Assembly (NCBI GenBank): GCA_964016885.1
Contig: OZ024762.1
Coordinates: 19,406,001-19,470,000 of the forward strand
Source of the DNA: Eledone cirrhosa
Taxonomy: Eukaryota
Direction of reading: 5' to 3'
DNA: 64,000 nt
Positions 53,338 through 64,000 of this stretch are shown one piece after another; the stretch's first letter is position 1; each line of letters opens with the position of its first letter. A model generated the notes under the pieces. The model saw only the letters and a list, made by a program, of their open reading frames with translations, had not been told where the DNA came from and searched no databases. The translations under genes were made by a program, and so were the position numbers.

Positions 53338-53621
53338 TCATCATTTCATCATCATTTCATTTTACATCCGCTTTCTCCCTGCTTGCAAGGGTGGGACGGG
53401 AACTGATTCTGGCTTGATTTCTACAGCTGGATGCCCTTCCTAACACCAACCTCATTTACAGTGAGTGCTGGGTGCTTTTTTGCCGTGGCACCTCCACGAC
53501 CACTTTGCAGTGGAATGATAGGGACCGCAGTCCCTATCATCTCATTTCTACAGCTGAGTAAACTGGAGCAATGTGAAATAAAGTGTCTTGCTCAAGGAAA
53601 CAACACATCACCCGGTCTGAG
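53338..53621 (-). mobile_element. SINE family 1, head missing
   Basis: Near-identical to the other copies. Confidence 0.85.
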
Positions 53622-53889
53622 ATATATATATATATATATATTTAGATATATATATTTAGATATATATATTTAGATATATATATTTAGATATATATATTAT
53701 AGAGTAAAATGACATGAGGTCGGAGAGGTTAAAGTCTGTTCCCGCACCACCAACAGGATTCAACATCAAAGATGGAGGAGTTATGTAACGTGCAGTGCTT
53801 TTCTACTATTACATAATGGTTAACATTGTGGAATGACCAATTCTACCCAGTGGTGAACCACTAAACTTGAATGAATATATATATATATA

Positions 53890-54112
53890 TAAATAGGAAA
53901 AGAGTCAGGACCCCAACGGCAGAGCTCCGGCCATTTCGACAGCTAGATCCAAACTCTACTACCCTAAGTATTGAGTACTCTGGTGTGTTATGGTCCACCT
54001 GGTATCTTACCACACTTTCTTTGTTTTTTATATATATATAATGAAGGAGGTGTGGTAAGGAACCAGATGGACCATAACGCACCAGAGTACTCAATACTTA
54101 GGGTAGTAGAGT
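53890..54112. mobile_element. Rearranged fold-back of family H (half-hammerhead element)
   Basis: Inverted arms 53953-54021/54044-54112; homologous to 51310-51445 and 57765-57970. Confidence 0.65.
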
Positions 54113-54294
54113 GGGGAATTGGAAAATGTTTAACCAGAGCTAGTCATAACAGGTCTGGTATGGAAAGGGCTTAAAAGAAACCCTTTACCTTTCTGGGCAC
54201 TCTAGGTACATTATGTTGCCAACAGAGTAATTTCCCCTTAATACATAATGCAGTGTCAAGGGAAACAATTCATGAAAAAATTCAGCGTGCTAAA

Positions 54295-54566
54295 GATTAA
54301 TAACACCAGAGCTAGTTATAGCAGGTCTGGTATGGAAAGAGCTTAAAAGAAACCCCTTTAATAAAACCAGAAGGAGTTATGGTAGGTCTGGTATGAAAAG
54401 GGACTGAAAAGGAACCCTTTAATAAAACCAGAACCAGTTATGGCAAGTCTGGTATGGAAAGGGACTGAAAAGGAACCTTTTAATAAAACCAGAGCCAGTT
54501 ATGGCAGGTCTGGTATGGAAAGGGCTTAGAAGAAACCCTTTAATAAAACCAGAGGTAGTTATGGCT
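54295..54566. repeat. About 61-bp tandem repeat (4-5 units)
   Basis: Recurring taataaaaccagagccagttatggcaggtctggtatggaaagggc. Confidence 0.85.
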
Positions 54567-56030
54567 GAGTAAGTATCAAAAGGCTTAAGGTTATTGCAAT
54601 GAAATTTCACTATTGCTGCGTCTAATCAATTTACTTATATTGTGCAGCGATAAATGAGTGTCTCGTTAATTTGGCAGCTGTAATTAGTTGTAAGCGAAAG
54701 ATCACATTCATTTCTATTAAGCTGTCCCTTCATTTGCCACCTGTCCCTTTCTCGCATTTCATAAATTATATTTAATAATTATACTAGAATCACTCTCTTT
54801 CACTCATATGTGTGTGTATATATATATATATATATATGTATATATGTTTGTTGGTATAAATATGTATATATGTATGTATATATGTATATATATATATATA
54901 TGTATGTTTGTTGGTATAAAAATATTTATATATATATATGTTTGTTGGTATAAATATGTGTATATGTATATATATATATGGATGCATATGTATATATATA
55001 TGGATGTATATATGTATATATATATATATATGTATATGTATGTAGATGTATATATGTATATGTATGTAGATGTATATGTATATATATATGTATATATGTA
55101 TATATATATATGTATGTATATGTATGTATGTATATATGTATATATATATGTATGTATATATGTATATATATATGTATGTATATATGTATATATATGTATA
55201 TATATATGTATATATATGTATATATATATGTATATATATGTATATATATATGTATGTATATATATATATATATGTATATGTATATGTATGTATATATATA
55301 TGTATGTATGTATATATATATATATATATTACTATTATTATTTCTCACTCATATTTCTATTTAATTTAGATGTCAGATATAATTTTAAAGTAGGTTTTAG
55401 GTTTCACTGATGATGATGATGGCGATGGTGATAATGGCGGTGATAGTGATTATGTTAGTGTTGATGGTGATGATTGTGCCGATGGTGTGGTTGATGAAGA
55501 TTAGACGGTCATATATTTGGGCCAATAAAGACATTGAGTTCTCTATAGATATATTAGAACTAGGACTGTTTCATCCAAAAGAAATTGTCAGGAAATACCT
55601 TTTTGAATGAAACAGTTCTAGTCCAGTAGAAGCCATTTCTATATTAAATATGATATTTACACTCTACTAATGTATTGAGTACCTTACTGTGGTTACTCCC
55701 AATTGAACCCGTGGTGCACACACACACACACACACACACTACCACACCACACCACACCACACCACACCACACCACACCACACCACACCACACCACACCAC
55801 ACCACACCACCTCCACACCACACCACACCACACACCTCCACACCACACCACACCACACCACACCCCCACCCCCCACACCTCCACACACGCCACCACCGCT
55901 TTATATATATATATATATTTATAGTGGTAGAACACTGGAAGGTAGTAGTAGAGCACTTTGTAGTGGTAGAGCACTCAGTCCATGGGACGAGTTAGGTAGA
56001 AGTGGTTACACAACAGTTAGTTCACCATAC

Positions 56031-56068
56031 CGAGAAGAATTGTTTCACCTTAGTGGATCCTCAGCTCG
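56031..56068 (-). ncRNA. Minimal type I hammerhead (family I)
   Basis: Reverse complement cgag-CTGAGGA-tccactaaggt-GAAA-caattc-TT-ctcg; stem III mismatch. Confidence 0.65.
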
Positions 56069-56129
56069 CAATGGACATGGTTATATGGAACAGGAAGGAC
56101 AACCCTGTTCCGTATAACCATGTCCATTA

Positions 56130-56167
56130 CGAGCTGAAGATCCGCTAAGGTGAAACAATTGTTCTTG
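56130..56167 (+). ncRNA. Minimal type I hammerhead (family I)
   Basis: cgag-CTGAAGA-tccgctaaggt-GAAA-caattg-TT-cttg; palindromic stem III, GUU site. Confidence 0.75.
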
Positions 56168-56275
56168 GTATGGTGAACTAACTGTTGTGTAACCACTTAT
56201 ATATAGATATATGTCCCAAGGCTCTGATACCATCAACACTATAAACACAGAGCTGGCATATCTAAGAACTGTCTA

Positions 56276-56331
56276 ACTGCCTGATGAGGTCATAGCCATT
56301 CAATGGCTATCATCGAAATATATATAGTAGT
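56276..56331 (+). ncRNA. Minimal type I hammerhead (family J)
   Basis: actgc-CTGATGA-ggtcatagccattcaatggctatcatc-GAAA-tatata-TA-gtagt; canonical G10.1-C11.1, long stem II. Confidence 0.82.
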
Positions 56332-56376
56332 AAATAAAGGATTATGAGTTCATGCAATTGACTTATTTTTCGTCAC

Positions 56377-56442
<66 letters not shown>

Positions 56443-56797
56443 AACACACACATGCATGTACATATATATATATACACCTACATACAGTATATCAATGTGT
56501 ATGTGGGTGTGAAAGAAATGGATATATAATTAATATATGAAGAAGTTTTATGGGTTTTCATGAAAGGACAATTAGACATTGTGACATTGTAGGTTTCTTT
56601 ACCAAAAAAGAAACATGGATTTAAGTGAAGCAGCAAATCTTGACTAATTTCATATATATGTGTGGTGTATGTATAGTGTGTGTTGTGTATGTGTGTGTAT
56701 GTAGTTGTATGTGTGTAGATGTAGTCGTGTGTGTGTAGGTGTGTGGTGTGTGTGTGTGTGTAGGTGTGTATTTGTTTGTATTTATATATTTATACAT

Positions 56798-56884
<87 letters not shown>

Positions 56885-57426
56885 TAAATATACACACACA
56901 CACACATATATATATATATACATACACAGACACACACATATATTCCATAACATATATAAGTGACTATAGCGTCAAAATGGGAAAATAGTTAACAAAATAT
57001 ATATAGGGATTTTAGTTATCAAATTTTAATTGGCGAAATATAAAATTAAGTGATATATGCAGTGTTGACAAGTAAGGAAAAACTTACGCAGCTGGACTGG
57101 ATAATTGTTGTAAATTGTTCGAGGTATAAGAGTTGATTATTGATTAAAATTTGATTCTACGAAAATAATGAGTTTTATGAAAGATTTGCTTTAACACTTC
57201 TGATGCCAAATTACATGGAAGTTCCCTTATCTTTTTGTGTGATGGGCTGAGAATCACTAGTTTGTGGGTTCAAGTCTTGCCGAGGGAGAGCAAGTGAGAG
57301 AGAGAGACAGAGACAGAGAGAGAAAGAAAAATGAAGTGAAATGATAGTATCATCTCTCTCTCTCTCTCGAGAGAGAGAGGTTATATTTAATTTATTGGGA
57401 TTTATTTATAAAACTAACATATATTA

Positions 57427-57492
57427 TATTTTATCTGATGAAAGCGCACCATAGTTTGCCTTGGTGGCCCTTGAAATATGTATAATGAAATA
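57427..57492 (+). ncRNA. Minimal type I hammerhead (family E)
   Basis: tattttat-CTGATGA-aagcgcaccatagtttgccttggtggccctt-GAAA-tatgta-TA-atgaaata. Confidence 0.8.
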
Positions 57493-57530
57493 AATATGGT
57501 TTTATAAATATAGTTTCCATTTGTTAATAT

Positions 57531-57579
<49 letters not shown>

Positions 57580-58026
57580 ACTAGAAATAGATTGACACAT
57601 ATATATATAAAATAAACACATGAAACACACAATCTATTTCTAGTTGATATAAAATGCTCGGAACTATTCTTTGAGCTTATTCTGCAGTGAATATGGCGCA
57701 TGTCTCTCAGACATGACAACCTTACCTTAATTTAATTTTGGATATATATATATATATATATATAACGAAGGAAATGTGGTAAGGAACCAGGTGGACCATA
57801 ACGCACCAAAGTTCTCAATACTTAGGGTAGTAGAGTGGGTAATAGGAACGAGTAGGACCCCGACGGCTGAGCTCAAGCCGTTTCAACGGCTAATTCTGGA
57901 CTAAAATATTTTAGTCCAGAATTAGCCGTCGAAACAGCTTGAGCTCAGCCGTCGGGGTCCTACTCGTTCCTATATATATATATATAGTATAAGAATAAGG
58001 TAATAAAGAATCAGTGTTGCATCATA

Positions 58027-58118
58027 ACATATTACATATGTTTCACTGTCGATCAGCTCGAAGGACGATCTATTATTGATCGAACCTGACTCTTGAATCG
58101 AAAAACCCTCAGATATGC
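58027..58118 (-). ncRNA. Long-stem-II hammerhead (family D), core variant CTGAGGG
   Basis: Homologous to 26177-26268 but with A9 changed to G. Confidence 0.55.
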
Positions 58119-58173
58119 GTCAGTATATAAGCTCACCTCTGATGTATCATCAGAGGCGAGCTTACATAGAGAA

Positions 58174-58265
58174 GCATATCTGAGGGTTTTTCGATTCCAG
58201 CGCCAGGTTTGATCAATAATAGATCGTCCTTCGAGCTGATCGACAGTGAAACATATGTAATATGT
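58174..58265 (+). ncRNA. Long-stem-II hammerhead (family D), core variant CTGAGGG
   Basis: gcatat-CTGAGGG-...-GAAA-catatg-TA-atatgt. Confidence 0.55.
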
Positions 58266-59022
58266 TATGATGCAACACTGATTCTTTGTTACCTTATTCT
58301 TATACTATATATATATATATATATATATAGGAACGAGCAGGCCCCCGACGGCTGAGCTCAAGCCGTTTCGACGGCTAATTCTGGACTAAAATATTTTAGT
58401 CCAGAATTAGCTGTCGAAATGGCTTGAGCTCAGCCGTCGGGGTCCTACTCGTTCCTATTACCCACTCTACTACCCTAAGTATTGAGAACTTTGGTGCGTT
58501 ATGGTCCACCTGGTTCCTTACCACATTTCCTTCGTTATATATATATATATATATATCCAAAATTAAATTAAGGTAAGGTTGTCATGTCTGAGAGACATGC
58601 GCCATATTTATATAAATATGAGACTAAACGTGCTGCGTAGTTGCAAATGGGTTACATATGAATAAAGTTAGTCCTTCATCAGTGATCATTGGTATTTCAT
58701 CGCTTTAAAGACCATATACCTCCGGTTGGTGCGAGCAACGGCTAAAAAAAGTCGTTGGGACATGTAAATAAAGGGGACACGAGAGTGTAAACAAACAAAG
58801 ATGGTGAAGCAACGAAAAGTGAGGAAGAAAGAGTTAAGTCCCAAATTTCCATGAATATAAGTTCGGTGAAATCGTGAATGAGAGAGAGAATAAAGACCAT
58901 CAAACCTGGTTGGAATGTGAGCAAGTACAGGTCTAACGGGAGGAAGAAGGAATCTAGTCTGTGAATTCGGTGAACATAAGTTCTGTGAAATCGTAGATGA
59001 GAGAGAGAGAGAAAATGCGAAC

Positions 59023-59070
<48 letters not shown>

Positions 59071-59613
59071 AAATTAATTCGAAAATTGAGATAGACATGA
59101 TAACTTGTATGATAAAATCATCAATAATATTTATACATGCACAATTTTTAATCTATATAGATACTTATATACTTACAACCTGTTGTAATGTAATAAGATA
59201 AAATGTACTTACAACCATAATTCTTCATATAATCTAATTGATTATATATACAATATTATAACTCATAATATAGCTAAACAATTTTTTTAAAATTCTAGAA
59301 TCATATTCCACCATTCCTACAAAATGTTAATTCTTTTTAAATTAACGTAAATACAAGCTCTTCTTTCTTTCTCTTTCTTCTTCCTACACATACATATATC
59401 CTAATAATTATTTAAATCTGCCTAGCATCTACAAATAACGTTTTTTTTTTTTTCAGTCCTATACCTCAACCTCATTTGCATACTCATCTTAATAATTTGA
59501 AATATTTGACTTTTATTTTCTTCTCTTTCCCGTCTTTCCTTTACTATCCAGGAAAAACTTGAACCATTAAGATCTCCTTCCTGGTTATGTCAATATTTAT
59601 GAAACAAACTTTG

Positions 59614-59674
59614 TATTTTATCTGATGAGAGCATACCAAAATTTTGGTACCCTTGAAATGTATATAATAGAATA
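59614..59674 (+). ncRNA. Minimal type I hammerhead (family E)
   Basis: tattttat-CTGATGA-gagcataccaaaattttggtaccctt-GAAA-tgtata-TA-atagaata. Confidence 0.78.
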
Positions 59675-59797
59675 AATATGGTTTTATAAATATAGTTTCC
59701 ATTTATTTAATATCATTGAATATTATACTCGAGTGCTTCCAATTAGTTATAAACATTTATATTTGTTGAATTACCAACAAATTAAATATCCCTTTTG

Positions 59798-59847
<50 letters not shown>

Positions 59848-59878
59848 CAAATGGAAACTATATTTATAAAACCATATT

Positions 59879-59944
59879 TATTTCATTATACATATTTCGG
59901 GGATACCATATTAAAAATATGGCATGCCTTCTTCAGATAAAATA
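59879..59944 (-). ncRNA. Minimal type I hammerhead (family E), left arm of palindrome 59846-60159
   Basis: Exact reverse complement of 60061-60126. Confidence 0.72.
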
Positions 59945-60060
59945 CAATATATAAGCAGTTTTATAAATAATTTTGACGTACCATAAATATTGATCAACAC
60001 ATGAAAGTTGATCAATATTTATGGTACATCAAAATTATTTATAAAACTGCTTATATATTG

Positions 60061-60126
60061 TATTTTATCTGAAGAAGGCATGCCATATTTTTAATATGGT
60101 ATCCCCGAAATATGTATAATGAAATA
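60061..60126 (+). ncRNA. Minimal type I hammerhead (family E), right arm of palindrome 59846-60159
   Basis: tattttat-CTGAAGA-aggcatgccatatttttaatatggtatcccc-GAAA-tatgta-TA-atgaaata. Confidence 0.72.
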
Positions 60127-60166
60127 AATATGGTTTTATAAATATAGTTTCCATTTGTTTAATATC

Positions 60167-60231
<65 letters not shown>

Positions 60232-60269
60232 ATATTAACAAATGGAAACTATATTTATAAAAGCATATT

Positions 60270-60335
60270 TATTTTATTATACATATTTCAAGGGCCACCA
60301 AGTCAAATTATGGTGCGCTTTCATCAGATAAAATA
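60270..60335 (-). ncRNA. Minimal type I hammerhead (family E), left arm of fold-back 60237-60558
   Basis: Reverse complement tattttat-CTGATGA-aagcgcaccataatttgacttggtggccctt-GAAA-tatgta-TA-ataaaata; perfect 8-bp stem I. Confidence 0.82.
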
Positions 60336-60459
60336 CAATACAGATTAGTTTTATAAATAAATATTGACATACCCTGAAAAAAAGACAACCTTAACGGTTG
60401 GAGCTTCCTGGATAGTCAATATTTATGTCAATATTTATTTATAAAACTAATCTGTATTG

Positions 60460-60525
60460 TATTTTATCTGATTAAAGCGCACCATAATTTACCTTGGTGG
60501 CCCTTGAAATATGTATAATAAAATA
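60460..60525 (+). ncRNA. Hammerhead (family E) with core mutation CTGATTA, probably inactive
   Basis: Mirror of 60270-60335 with G8 changed to T. Confidence 0.55.
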
Positions 60526-60556
60526 AATATGGTTTTATAAATATAGTTTCCATTTG

Positions 60557-60713
60557 TTGTGGTTGGTGTTAGGAAGGGCATCCAGCCATTGAAAACCCGC
60601 CAGACAGTCCTATGCGAGCAAGACAACCACTCTTGCCTCAAGTGGGAAAACTCCCGTCCAAACCCATGCAAGCGTGGAATATGGATGTTAAACGATGATG
60701 ATGATGATGATGA
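60557..60713 (+). mobile_element. RTE LINE 3' tail fragment
   Basis: Reverse complement match to 46597-46755; ends in (gat)n. Confidence 0.85.
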
Positions 60714-60848
60714 TTGTATATTTACTCCAATAACTTGTTGAGTGCTTTATATCAGTTAAAAAAATATTTTTAAGCTTGTTGTATCCCAACAAATTCAATA
60801 TAACCTTTGCATATATATATATATATAATTTAATTATGTTCATACCCG

Positions 60849-61040
60849 GAACAAAAGCACTTCCTAAGGCTTCAAGGCCCAAATTTGACTATATCTCCAA
60901 AATACAAGCGGCATCGATTTTTGTGACATTTCTTCAGGCACTTATACAAGTTGAGAAGAAAAGTCATTATTTTGATGCCTCTTGTGTTCTGGAGATATAG
61001 TCAAATTTGAGCCTGGAATGTTGAGTAGCGCCTTTGTTCC
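60849..61040. repeat. Imperfect palindrome, MITE-like
   Basis: caaatttgactatatctcca / tggagatatagtcaaatttg core arms, with ggaacaaa / tttgttcc outer ends. Confidence 0.6.
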
Positions 61041-62164
61041 TTCTATGAATATAAATACATAATATAACAATTCTGTTCTCTTCCCGAATGAACACTGTTT
61101 TCTGTTTCCTTTTCACACCTACAGATATTGTTACATACATACATACACACACAAACACACACACATACACACACACACACTCACACACATACATACACAC
61201 ACAGAGAAAGAGAGTAAAAGAAAAACAAAAAAGGGAGAGCAAGGAAAGCCAGAAAGAGACAGGTAAATAGATCAATACATACACATATATATATATGGAG
61301 AGAGAGAGAGAGTGAGAGATTGAGTGGGAGAGATAGAGATAGAGAGAGTGAGAGAGCAACAAAAACATCTGCATTCTTTGGTTAAGTGAAATGGAAGTTG
61401 TCAACACAGCTTTAACATTACATTTTCTACATTTGGCAGCTGAATTGATGTGTGGCTGTCTACAGCTCTTATATAACCATACACACTCTCACATATATAA
61501 TATACACACATACACTACAGAAGCTCTTAAGTACTCCAAGCTATATAGCAATGGAATTTCAATATGTTGGAATTGTGTATGGCTTTTTTTGAAAGGTGTA
61601 AGTAATTTGTCTGGACACTTCACTAAAAACATTGCTTGATGGTTCTTGATGAAATTTTAATATCTTGGTTGGTGCTTCCATCAAGAATGGTTTATTTCTC
61701 CCTCTTTGAATATGGCGTAGTGTTTTTCTTCTTATTTTGTTCTTTTTTTTTAAAAGAACATGCTTTTTATTGTGTCTGCACATATAGGTTTATGTGTGTG
61801 TGTGTATATATTTGTGCATGTATATATCTCTATATCTATGTGGGTGTGTTTATATATGTGTGTGTGTGTTTGTGTTAATTTTATTTGTATGGCATATATA
61901 TATATATGTGTGTATATACGTATATATGTGTATATATATATATATATATATGTGTATATATGTGTGTGTATATATGTATGTGTATGTGTGTATATATATG
62001 TGTGTATATATGTGTATGTGTGTGTGTATGTGTATGTGTGTGTATATATATATGTGTGTATATATATATATATATGTGTGTATATATATATGTGTATATA
62101 TATATATATGTGTGTGTATATATATATGTGTATATGTGTGTGTATATATGTGTATGTGTGTATA

Positions 62165-62203
<39 letters not shown>

Positions 62204-62557
62204 ATATATATATATGTGTGTATATATATATATATGTGTGTGTGTATATATATATATATGTGTGTGTATGTATATGTGTGTATATATGTGTGTGTGTTTA
62301 TATATATATGTGTATATATGTGTATATATATATATATCACAATAAAGTGTGTGTTTTTGCATGTGTTAATATTTAGTCTTTATGACATGTGTAGTATATG
62401 TATATATCTGTGTGTGTCTGTTAATTTTTTGTCCTTATGATATGTTTGTGCATATGTATCTATGTGTGTGCATTCATATGTGTGTGTGTGAGTGCATGTT
62501 TGTATGTGTTAATTTTATCTTTATGGTATGTATGTGTTTGTGTCTTCTTAAGTTCAT

Positions 62558-63252
62558 TTTGCTTCCTCATGGAACACTGAGCAATGTGAGATCTCCAGTC
62601 CAAACTGTTGCAGTCCTTGTCACAGATTTTCTTCTAGGGCAGCTATTGCTTCCTTGTGGAACATTGGGCAATGTAAGATCTCTATTCCAAACTGTTGCAG
62701 TCCTTGTCACAGGTTTTCTTCTAGGGCAGCTATTGCTTCCTTGTGGAACATTGGGCAATGTAAGATCTCTATTTCAAACTATCGCAGTTCTTGTCACACG
62801 TTTGTTCCTAGACCAGCTATGGCTTCCTTGTGGAACACTGAGCAATGTGAGATCTCCATTCCAAACTATCACAGTCCTTGTAATAGGTTTTCTTCTAGGG
62901 CAGCTATTGCTCCCTTGTGGAACATTGGCCAATGTAAGATCTCTATTTCAAACTATCGCAGTCCTTCTCACATGTTTGTTCCTAGACCAGCTATGGCTTC
63001 CTTGTGGAACACTGGGCAATGTGAGATCTCCATTTCAAACTATCGCAGTCCTTGTCACAGGTTTGTTCTTAGACCAGCTATTGCTTCCTCGTGGAACAAT
63101 GAGCAATGCTGGATCTCCATTCCAAACTGTTGCAGTCCATGTCAAAGACAGGTTTGTTCCTAGGCCAGCTATGGCTTCCTCGAGGAACATCGGACAATCT
63201 GAAATCTCCATTCCAAACTGTCATGTCACAGGTTTGTTCCTAGGTCAGCTAT
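62558..63252. repeat. 87-bp tandem repeat (about 8 diverged units)
   Basis: Recurring gcttccttgtggaacattgggcaatgtaagatctctattccaaact...ctagggcagctatt. Confidence 0.88.
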
Positions 63253-63564
63253 CAGCTTGTAATTTCTTTTGCAACATTTGTTTAATGGGTGTAAGTCTGC
63301 TAGTCTTATGTTCCATCCCTTCACCCTTATCAACACGTGCTGGAAGCTATCCCAACATTCTGAAATCAAAATGCGGCGTCTACATAACTCTGGATAGAGG
63401 CCCATTTCCAGTACTGTCAGCTGGAGCCAGTTTGAGTCGGTATGAGATGTAACAGGGTGGCGGGTGGGGGTTGGAAACTTACAGTACACATCCATGGCCA
63501 GCTTAGCTGACCCTCTACGTGGTCTATCTTGTATTTTTCATGAATTAACACTAACACTGCTGGG

Positions 63565-64000
63565 GGAGGCGGCTTGGCAGTATCAGTAGAGCATCAGATG
63601 ACATGCTTTGTGGTATATAGTTACTTCCCTTTATGTTCTGAGTTCAAATCCTGCCGAGGTTAATTTTGCCTTTCATCCTTATGGGGTCGATAAAATAATG
63701 TACCAGTCACGCACTGGGGTCGATTTAATCAATTTCCCCTCCCCCAAGATTGCTGGCCTGTGCCTATATAAGAAACCATTATTTTATTTTTATATAATAT
63801 TGATAAAATAAGGTACCAGTCATGCACTGGGGTCTATTCAATTGACTTTCCGCTCCCCCAAAATTGCTGGCCTTGTGCCTAAATAAGACACCGTTATTTT
63901 ATTTTTATATAATTGTTTCTACTTTTTGGCACAACCCCAGTGCATTACTGGTACTTTATTTTATCAACCCCGTAAGGATGAAAGGCAAAGTTAACCTCAG
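63565..64000. mobile_element. Cluster of SINE family 2 copies and fragments in both orientations
   Basis: gagttcaaatcctgccgaggttaattttgcctttcatcc on the plus strand; reverse copy at 63910-64000. Confidence 0.8.

Larger units (their letters stand above)
56000..56198. mobile_element. About 200-bp palindrome with two outward-facing hammerheads (family I)
   Basis: Arms 56000-56094/56104-56198 are reverse complements with a few mismatches. Confidence 0.8.
57690..58608. repeat. About 920-bp palindrome with nested internal palindromes
   Basis: Axis at about 58146 (ctctgatg-tat-catcagag). Each arm contains its own palindrome of about 130 bp centred on ctaaaatattttag. Confidence 0.92.

Noticed and set aside
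58618-58690. Possible 5' half hammerhead (CTGATGA plus ggactaa/ttagtct stem) on the minus strand
   Set aside because: GAAA and the cleavage strand are absent, possibly cut by the adjacent palindrome; cannot be supported.
62382-63452. 356-aa ORF with 29-aa repeats
   Set aside because: Starts in a GT-rich simple repeat and crosses an 87-bp tandem array; no recognisable domain.

Overview
AT-rich, microsatellite-saturated animal genomic DNA, most likely intergenic or intronic. The SINE, RTE and simple-repeat landscape looks like an octopod cephalopod genome (inference). No host protein-coding gene can be supported, and nearly all long ORFs in the track are read-through of simple or tandem repeats. 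The real coding remnants are transposon-derived: a 5'-truncated but open RTE LINE RT ORF (47102-48304, minus strand) with an inserted Cys/His finger, a CR1-like 3' end, several RTE fragments and a mariner transposase fragment. Two tRNA-derived SINE families, piggyBac-type (TTAA) and Tc1/mariner (TA) MITEs, and many minisatellites grown from pieces of these elements fill the window. The most notable signal is about 20 type I hammerhead ribozyme motifs (stem I-CUGANGA-stem II-GAAA-stem III-NUH-stem I) from roughly nine unrelated sequence families. Most have palindromic minimal stem III, many have a non-canonical U.U at 10.1/11.1, and most sit in fold-back (inverted-repeat) units next to (TA)n tracts. 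This is consistent with non-autonomous Penelope-like terminal repeats or retrozyme-like elements. All structures were paired by eye, not computed.
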